Assembly: GCA_046758445.1 (NCBI GenBank)
Contig: JBHIAE010000004.1
Location: 1 to 64,000 of the forward strand
Direction of reading: 5' to 3'
DNA: 64,000 nt
From: Candidatus Thorarchaeota archaeon
GTDB lineage: Archaea; Asgardarchaeota; Thorarchaeia; Thorarchaeales; Thorarchaeaceae
Part shown: positions 57,566 through 64,000 of the stretch, piece by piece
Layout of the letters: each line of letters begins with the position of its first letter
How positions within the stretch are numbered: the stretch's first letter is position 1
Made by a program: the position numbers and the translations under genes
The notes under the pieces: generated by a model
What the model was told of the DNA's origin: nothing
The model's database searches: none
The model's input: the letters and a program-made list of their open reading frames with translations, nothing else

Positions 57566-58567
57566 CTAACGCCGGGCTCTGACTATGACTACTAGTGCAA
57601 CCGCAGTGACTCCTCCAGCTAGTACCAGCAACTGAATGTAGTCTATTCCGAAGAACGTCCAAGTTGTCGCTAGTTGAGAGAGTCCAATCGTTGGGTCGTA
57701 GTCTAGGTCATCACTGCCGAAGTTCTCGAATGCCAGGTAGATTGACTTACCTTCCTGAGGTCCCAATGCGTCACCATGTGAGGCGTGCACTTGAACCTGA
57801 TGGCTCGCGTTGCCGGCAAAAGCATTCTGAGCGTACTCCATCCAACCATGCCCGAATGTGAACCTATTACCTTCGTGCTCAATGATGTCCACCTCCCGAG
57901 GTGATTGAATACGATTATGCTCGGATTCAGACACAGTGAACTGGAAGACAAGGATTGAGTCGTTGTATGTCCACTCCCATCCTGAGATGCGCAAGTCGAA
58001 CTTGAATTGGTCCGGAGTTGCTAGGTAGAAGTGTACTCGGATTTGAATCTCAACAACCATTGGATTCATGTGACCGGGCATTCCTGGCATTCCAGGCATT
58101 GTCGTGGTCATTCCAGCGCCTTGATGCGAGTAGGTTTCCGTGCTTGTGAAGTTGAAGTGTATTGCCGTGACAACACCGTTCTGTTCCTCTTCCACAAATC
58201 CATTGAACTCCCAACCTGCTACAGGCAACACAAACATGGCACCAACCAACCGATCCTCACCAGGTACGAACATACCATCGCCATTCGTGTCATTTGCCTC
58301 GAATAGTCTGAGGAACATTATGTGGTAGTCAGTACCAGGGTCAGTTTCGTTCCACCAACGAAAGTGCGGGACCTCACCATTGGAGCTGACCATCACACCA
58401 ATCTCACCTGTTGTGATGGTGGCAACTCCCATCGAGTACTGGTGTTGCATTCCGCGATGGGGCTGTGCAACTGCAAAAGGCGCTGACACAAGAAGCACCA
58501 ATGCAGCAAGCGTGACTAATACTCCTTTGTTGAACATCTTAGACGTCACCAAGATGTGACTCATCAA
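57566..58567 (-). CDS. Secreted/membrane-anchored beta-rich hypothetical protein
   Basis: Signal peptide; DTNGDG Ca-binding-like loop; YDPTIG; C-terminal TM + RARR. Confidence 0.65.
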   Translation of the reverse strand: MMSHILVTSKMFNKGVLVTLAALVLLVSAPFAVAQPHRGMQHQYSMGVATITTGEIGVMVSSNGEVPHFRWWNETDPGTDYHIMFLRLFEANDTNGDGMFVPGEDRLVGAMFVLPVAGWEFNGFVEEEQNGVVTAIHFNFTSTETYSHQGAGMTTTMPGMPGMPGHMNPMVVEIQIRVHFYLATPDQFKFDLRISGWEWTYNDSILVFQFTVSESEHNRIQSPREVDIIEHEGNRFTFGHGWMEYAQNAFAGNASHQVQVHASHGDALGPQEGKSIYLAFENFGSDDLDYDPTIGLSQLATTWTFFGIDYIQLLVLAGGVTAVALVVIVRARR

Positions 58568-58641
58568 ATATGTATATAATAGTTCTATTCCACGTCTATA
58601 GAATTCGGACTTCGATACCTCTCGAAGTGATTTTCATCAAC

Positions 58642-59499
58642 TCAAGGTATCGGAGCCGAGCTAATCAAGGCCAAGAGTAGAAGATTAAGATTCATCACAA
58701 CCAGTGTCACAATCGCGGCCCTCGAGTATCTCACTGCCTTGGCCCTCGCGACAGCTACTGTCAGAATGAGGATACTCCAACATATGATTGCGGTCAAGAG
58801 TATGGTGAGGGGCCACCCGCTGAGTATCTCAACGGATGGGATGAAGTAGAACATCATCTCTACGAGAATGTGTGGCACAAACGCTAGGGGAACTGACGCG
58901 AATAGACCCTTGGAAAGGCCTTGTTTGCGAAGGATTGGAGCCGAGAGTGCTTCAACGAGTAGGTAGGTAGAAATCCAAGATCCCAGTGCTGCTAGGATAG
59001 TGACTCCGGCGTCAAACCCTCCCTGAAGGAAGAATAGGAAGACGGGCAGAAGTCCTACCTCGGAGGCAAAGTAACCGTAAAGACCAAGGAATATTACAGT
59101 CTCAAAGAAGAATCGCCAGGGATCGGATTGAATTCGCACTACAATTGGCTTCAACGCGGTGAGGTCAACAATGATGGCTCGGTTGGTGCTAGATTGCTCT
59201 ATATCCTTTATAGCCATACCTGCCTGGTCCTCGCCTTGTAGAATGATTTCGTATGCGGCCTGGCCCAGTTCTGTAAGCGCATACAACTTGTTACCTGTAC
59301 GCTTCAACAAAGGCTCTTCAGACTTCGCCAGATGATCTAAATGAAAATAGAGCGTCCCTGGCTCAAGATCTAGCTCAGTCAAGTCAGTGTAGGAAACGGC
59401 CCCTTGGTCGCCAATCATTACGATGATCTGTCTTCGGATGGTGTGTGACAGAGCACTAAACACTGAGTCCAACACCGAGTCCTTGTCGATCAGATTCAT
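58642..59499 (-). CDS. ArsR-like wHTH regulator fused to a multi-TM domain
   Basis: VFSALSHTIRRQII...GTLYFHL...YALTELG, then about 5 TM helices. The start is ATG at 59499; the upstream ORF extension overlaps the methyltransferase gene. Confidence 0.75.
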   Translation of the reverse strand: MNLIDKDSVLDSVFSALSHTIRRQIIVMIGDQGAVSYTDLTELDLEPGTLYFHLDHLAKSEEPLLKRTGNKLYALTELGQAAYEIILQGEDQAGMAIKDIEQSSTNRAIIVDLTALKPIVVRIQSDPWRFFFETVIFLGLYGYFASEVGLLPVFLFFLQGGFDAGVTILAALGSWISTYLLVEALSAPILRKQGLSKGLFASVPLAFVPHILVEMMFYFIPSVEILSGWPLTILLTAIICWSILILTVAVARAKAVRYSRAAIVTLVVMNLNLLLLALISSAPIP

Positions 59500-59555
59500 C
59501 CCTCGTTGCAATTCTCTTGGTTCGCAGGCACGACCGCATCCACTTATTCGTTTCT

Positions 59556-60317
59556 CTACATTCGTGTTGCGTTGACCACGAGATTCCTCGAACTCTCCGG
59601 TTTGAAGGGACTTCGATTGTAGTCTGAGAAGAACTCTGTCCGTCCAAAGCCAGCCTTGGTCAACATACTCTTCACAACTTCCAGATTTGTGTGCAGGATG
59701 GGCTGAGTAGAGATACTTGTGACCCACTCCTTGCCTTGCCTGACAAAGGAGGAGGCAACCAGAGTCGAATGGGGTCCCTTGCCGTGTTCGTACAATCTGG
59801 AGAAGATTACTTCCTCGCCACTGCTCGTGACTCCACCCTTGAGTGGGAAAAACCGAAAGCCCGAGAGAAGGATCTCTTGGAAGTTGAGTACTTGGATGAT
59901 GAATATGCCCTGAGGGCTTAGAGAAGAGTAGACATCCTCAACCACACTCTCGAGAGTTTCCTTATTGGGCAAAAGCGCAAGTGAGTTTCCAAGGCAGATC
60001 ACTACATCAAACTGTTCCTCAATCACGGAGCGGAAAGTCATCATTTCTGCTACACGGAAATCAACAGCTACGCCGCGTTCCTTAGCTAGCCTCTTGGCGA
60101 AGTCTATCATGACTGGGCTGATGTCAAAACCAACAACTTCCATTCCATTCGCGGCCATCTCTACTGAGTGCCGGCCACTTCCGCATGCCATATCGAGAAC
60201 GCGACTCAGACCTGACTTGGGAATGCCTTCGAGCAAGAACGGCATCTCTCGCTTGAGCCGCGCATCCCAGTCAATCGAGTTGTTGTAGGCCAATGCAATC
60301 TCATCAAACGAACTCAT
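59556..60317 (-). CDS. Class I SAM-dependent methyltransferase (glycine/sarcosine N-MTase-like)
   Basis: VLDMACGSGRH, GFDIS and FDVVICLGNSL. Confidence 0.85.
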   Translation of the reverse strand: MSSFDEIALAYNNSIDWDARLKREMPFLLEGIPKSGLSRVLDMACGSGRHSVEMAANGMEVVGFDISPVMIDFAKRLAKERGVAVDFRVAEMMTFRSVIEEQFDVVICLGNSLALLPNKETLESVVEDVYSSLSPQGIFIIQVLNFQEILLSGFRFFPLKGGVTSSGEEVIFSRLYEHGKGPHSTLVASSFVRQGKEWVTSISTQPILHTNLEVVKSMLTKAGFGRTEFFSDYNRSPFKPESSRNLVVNATRM

Positions 60318-60322
60318 TAGTT

Positions 60323-61165
60323 CTAGCCTCTCGAACGAGATGGATCTATCTCATCATGGCTGAAAAGTACCCGACCTTCCATTCCACCGGCTACGTTGAT
60401 TGTCTGCCCGCTGACGTGGCCCGAGAGTTGTTCGGAAGACAGGTAGAGTACTGTGTTTGCAATGTCCTCGGCCGAGGCGACTTTGCGCATTGGTATCGTT
60501 TGAAGGATTCTTCTCACCTTTTCATGGTCTTTGAGTGCGTAATCTGCCATTGGAGTGATAGTCCATCCTGGGTTCACCAGGTTTACTCTACCCTTACGTG
60601 CAAGATGAACTATCTCGTTCTTCAGACTCAGCATGAGACCATTGAGTGCTGCTTTCGAAGTCGCGTAGTCACAATACCATGCCTCTCCAAAGAAACCTGC
60701 CGTGGAGCCCATCAAGACCAGTGATGCGAATTCTCCGGGATGGCGTTCAAGATTGGCAAAGAAGTGTTTGACACAGAGGAATGTGCCTGTCAGGTTCACA
60801 GAGAGTGTATTCTCCCATTGCTCAAGGCTCATTTCTTGTACGCCCTTTCTTTCGGGGTTGACAATGCCCGCGCTTGGCACCATTATGTCAACCCTCCCAA
60901 AGGCAGCGTTTGCGTTGCGGAAGAGTAGCTCTACCTCATCCTCTTGGGACACGTCAGTCTGGCTGATAATCAAATCATCCGGCCATTTCTCCTGCAGGTC
61001 AACTAGCCCTCTCTTGGAAGTCCTGTAGGACGCTGTTACTCTGGCATCCTCCTCAAGGAAGACTCGAGTAATCTCGATTCCAATTCCCCCGGAAGCTCCG
61101 GATACAACGGCATGTCGATTCTGAAGACCAGTGTCCAAGGTATCGCCTCCATGTGGTAAGTGCAT
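60323..61165 (-). CDS. Short-chain dehydrogenase/reductase
   Basis: SGASGGIG, YATSK and VNPGWTITPM. Confidence 0.88.
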   Translation of the reverse strand: MHLPHGGDTLDTGLQNRHAVVSGASGGIGIEITRVFLEEDARVTASYRTSKRGLVDLQEKWPDDLIISQTDVSQEDEVELLFRNANAAFGRVDIMVPSAGIVNPERKGVQEMSLEQWENTLSVNLTGTFLCVKHFFANLERHPGEFASLVLMGSTAGFFGEAWYCDYATSKAALNGLMLSLKNEIVHLARKGRVNLVNPGWTITPMADYALKDHEKVRRILQTIPMRKVASAEDIANTVLYLSSEQLSGHVSGQTINVAGGMEGRVLFSHDEIDPSRSRG

Positions 61166-61251
61166 CTAAGACTGGCAGATATCTCCCTTTCAAGGGTTAT
61201 GACGGTCTTGGTAATGCCCTGTTCTCATTCTTCTCATGGTTATGAATCAAG

Positions 61252-61539
61252 CTACTTTCTCAGAAGCAAAGTCAACTGTGCACCAATCATTGAGTCGGTT
61301 CCATGCACATTGACCATTCTACAGGCTACTTCGAGATTAAGACTGTAGAGGCATAGACGCATGTTCATGAGATTGGGGACTCTGATAACCAGTTGTTTCT
61401 TCATGAGCCGACGTAGTGCATCAGTCACAGTCCGGGATGGAATCTTGGATTTCCGGCCAATCTCCTTCGGAGACATAGGACCATGTCTGACAAGACTCTG
61501 GAGCACTGTGAGCGCACTCGCCGACAGGCCATACGACAT
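61252..61539 (-). CDS. Small winged-HTH regulator
   Basis: LSASALTVL...MSPKEI...SRTVTDALRRL; paralogue of 26407..26652. Confidence 0.75.
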   Translation of the reverse strand: MSYGLSASALTVLQSLVRHGPMSPKEIGRKSKIPSRTVTDALRRLMKKQLVIRVPNLMNMRLCLYSLNLEVACRMVNVHGTDSMIGAQLTLLLRK

Positions 61540-63029
61540 TATCCCGACCTCCTGCGACGTGCTAAGACGGCTAGAGAGATGACAACGATTGCGCCTGCTG
61601 ACGTAATCATTGAATGAGGCAGTTCAATTGCTCCTAAGAGTGCGGACTCCAATGAACTAGCTGCGGCATTCCATAAGTCAGCAATGGCAATGAGATGTCC
61701 TCTGATCTCGCTGAGCTCTTCATCAGAATCGGCGAGAGCAGCGTTGAGGTCTCCAGACTCACGATAGGCTTCTGCAACTCGACTGAAGGTTTCCGTAACG
61801 ATGGTCGCATTGCCGCTGTAGCCTATCTCAATGAGACTTGAGTTGTCACTGAGAACTTCAAAGTGAGGAAGAGCTTCGAGTCCTCGTTCTAGGAACTCGT
61901 CTAAATCAAGATCTGAGAGTATTCCTGGTAGAGCTTTGAGGCCCTCCCGGAAGGAGAGATATTGGAGGGCCAGCATGCCCTCCATCTGCATGCCAATTCC
62001 AATCAGTCCGTAGTATCTTTCTTCAACATTGGAACTGAAGTCATCAAGATAGGCGGCGATCTCATCTGGTGTGAGATCGTAGGCAAGGCCTCTGAATGAG
62101 TCGGCTCCGAAGTTCGCGAAGAAAATGTTCTCCAAACCCTCGCCGTAGGAGGCCCGGTCGCCGCGGAGTCTCTCACAGATGTAAGAGGCCAGTCTGGATA
62201 CGAAGTCCTCTGGAGGACCTGTGTTTGGCCTCACTACTATGCATCCATACCCTATCGGATTCATGGCATGTTTCAAAGAGATATAGTCGACCTCGTAATG
62301 CCAGCGGCCGTCATCGGGAAAGCCAAAGTACTCACCGAATGCGCCCACTCCGGGATCCATGACCTCCGCAGTGCCTGCAGTATCATTGTATCCGACAAGT
62401 AGAACAGCATGTCCCGAGCCTGTGTCTTCTGATTGAAGTCCAAGGTCTCTAGCTATGTCGTAGTCTATTGCAGGTAGGTAGTACGGGTCGGTCCATACCA
62501 CAATTGGATATCCCTCATCTATGGTCGTTCGTATCAAGTTGATAGTGTCCGTCCATCCATTGGTGTCTGTATAGTTCAACCCCCACGCGTCCATCGCAGG
62601 ACCGTAGAAACTACCGAAGCCCGAGTCATCATCATAGTAGATGTCAATATCAAGGCCATAGAGGTCTGCTAGAGTGGGCAGCGGTTCCATTTGTCTCAAG
62701 GCGGCTCCGGGGAGGAAGACCGCAAGTTCCTCATAGCGTATGTATCCTGCTGAGAATCCGATACCAGATGCTGCAAAGAGGTTCCGGAGGTCAAGCGGAG
62801 CACCAGCGTATTGTAGAGCCATTGATAGGGCAGACCAGTGACAGAAACCATTGATTTCCTGCCACTGGTAGGGAACTCCTGAAATGTGTCCATATCCCTC
62901 GATTGCGGGACTATGAACATGGTCGGTTGTGACAATATCTGGTGCGATGGCTGGTGTTGTGAGTTGCAGAGCGGTCAGACAGATGATGACAGCAAGCGCC
63001 GCTGTTTTGTAGCTCGAATTCACTTTCAT
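61539..63029 (-). CDS. Membrane-anchored papain-like (C39-like) peptidase
   Basis: Signal peptide; VPYQWQ...GFCHWSAL (Cys), GHAVLLVGY (His), MDPG (Asp); C-terminal TM + RRRR. Confidence 0.75.
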   Translation of the reverse strand: MKVNSSYKTAALAVIICLTALQLTTPAIAPDIVTTDHVHSPAIEGYGHISGVPYQWQEINGFCHWSALSMALQYAGAPLDLRNLFAASGIGFSAGYIRYEELAVFLPGAALRQMEPLPTLADLYGLDIDIYYDDDSGFGSFYGPAMDAWGLNYTDTNGWTDTINLIRTTIDEGYPIVVWTDPYYLPAIDYDIARDLGLQSEDTGSGHAVLLVGYNDTAGTAEVMDPGVGAFGEYFGFPDDGRWHYEVDYISLKHAMNPIGYGCIVVRPNTGPPEDFVSRLASYICERLRGDRASYGEGLENIFFANFGADSFRGLAYDLTPDEIAAYLDDFSSNVEERYYGLIGIGMQMEGMLALQYLSFREGLKALPGILSDLDLDEFLERGLEALPHFEVLSDNSSLIEIGYSGNATIVTETFSRVAEAYRESGDLNAALADSDEELSEIRGHLIAIADLWNAAASSLESALLGAIELPHSMITSAGAIVVISLAVLARRRRSG

Positions 63030-63047
63030 TCTAAATCACTCCCATAA

Positions 63048-64000
63048 TCAATCAGGTCTTGCCAGCCTCCTTGTGCCGACAGTTGTGAAGACGCTACCCA
63101 GTGAGATCATGACTGCACTGGGACCAAGAATCATCAAGATTAGGCTTTGAAACCCCGTCAGGAGTCCAATGGGTATCGCTAATTGTGTCGTTATCATGAT
63201 GACCAACATTGAGGCCCCAGTGTTGTCCTTGAACGTCTTGCTCTGCTGGTCATCATAGTTGGGATTGTTGGCTGTGATGCCAGTACTGACGAGAATCGAA
63301 CCAGTTACCGCAAGACAAGCATTTGTGAGTGTCATCAGTGCATCAAAGCCATGAAGTCCAATCATCATGCAGACGAAGGTTGATGAAGTCCAGGCCATTG
63401 GAAGAGCGAACATCATGGATTCAACTATTCTGGCTCTCACGAAGTTTGTGACCCCATTGGGGGCACTCTTTAGCATCCATAGTTGGTCCTTTGAATCTAG
63501 GAATCCAACTCCACCGAATGTCATAGCTCCAATCATGGCCAACATCACCCCTGCAGTGAGGGCAGAATAGAATGCGACAATCCCCGGGTCGTTTCCTCCG
63601 ATACCTGATACATTTAGCATCAGGGGAAAGACCACAGCAAGTACGACTCCAAAGGCAATCTTTGATGTGTTCTGGGCTTTCCTTGTGAAGTCCTTCAAGA
63701 CGGAAACGACTAGTATCCCGAAAGAACCAGGAAACAGTTGCCGCATGCCTCTGAGGACTATATTCTCTTTTCCAACAGTGGTCACCCTCTCGCTTCGGGC
63801 TCCGGCCTCGATTCTGAAGAGTCGGTCAGCAGTCACCAAGGCAACAGTGACTGTACACATGGAGAATGTTACAAGTAGAGCAAGGTCCACTGCCGGTCCG
63901 AACCCGAGGATTGACTCAAACGCAACAATGGAAGAGGGACTCAAGCCGATTCCATTAAACAGTACAATCACCCAGGTAACGAGGTCCGCGCCCCAAGTGA
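63048..64000 (-). CDS. Putative ABC-2-type exporter permease (5' end outside window)
   Basis: Multi-TM; KDFTRK and KDQLWMLKSAP segments; runs off the window edge. Confidence 0.6.
   Translation of the reverse strand, partial: TWGADLVTWVIVLFNGIGLSPSSIVAFESILGFGPAVDLALLVTFSMCTVTVALVTADRLFRIEAGARSERVTTVGKENIVLRGMRQLFPGSFGILVVSVLKDFTRKAQNTSKIAFGVVLAVVFPLMLNVSGIGGNDPGIVAFYSALTAGVMLAMIGAMTFGGVGFLDSKDQLWMLKSAPNGVTNFVRARIVESMMFALPMAWTSSTFVCMMIGLHGFDALMTLTNACLAVTGSILVSTGITANNPNYDDQQSKTFKDNTGASMLVIMITTQLAIPIGLLTGFQSLILMILGPSAVMISLGSVFTTVGTRRLARPD

Noticed and set aside
1-64000. CRISPR array, rRNA, IS elements, long tandem repeats
   Set aside because: None seen by eye; short or diverged elements could have been missed without computation.

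Overview
Gene-dense archaeal chromosome segment. It is most consistent with an Asgard archaeon, possibly Thorarchaeia. That is an inference from a Rab-like small GTPase, a longin/NPRL2-like neighbour, LRR and Zn-ribbon membrane proteins, and hdrBC/kor genes. Most of the window is metabolism and transport: hdrCB, a korDA...korBC operon split by an inverted 7TM + Rab-like GTPase + NPRL2-like cassette, a 2-hydroxyacyl-CoA dehydratase with its activator, two tandem acyl-CoA ligases, ahcY, msrA, a Lon-like protease, alaS, Pit/DUF47, an acyl-CoA dehydrogenase with a Zn-ferredoxin, and a dpp/opp ABC operon. The most striking feature is a 32-nt insertion (20225-20256) in ahcY, inside the conserved GHPS-EVMD motif. 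Both boundaries fall where a relaxed bulge-helix-bulge (BHB) motif would be cut, which suggests an mRNA intron removed by the tRNA-splicing endonuclease. A free-standing HTH + double-LAGLIDADG endonuclease-like gene lies 48 bp downstream of ahcY, and its other end abuts a decapitated flavoredoxin gene. Together these suggest a possible intron/endonuclease 'collaborative homing' module. Several other genes carry single-base frameshifts or in-frame stops (decay or assembly error). I found no rRNA, canonical tRNA or CRISPR array. All family assignments are by motif recognition only; no database searches were run.
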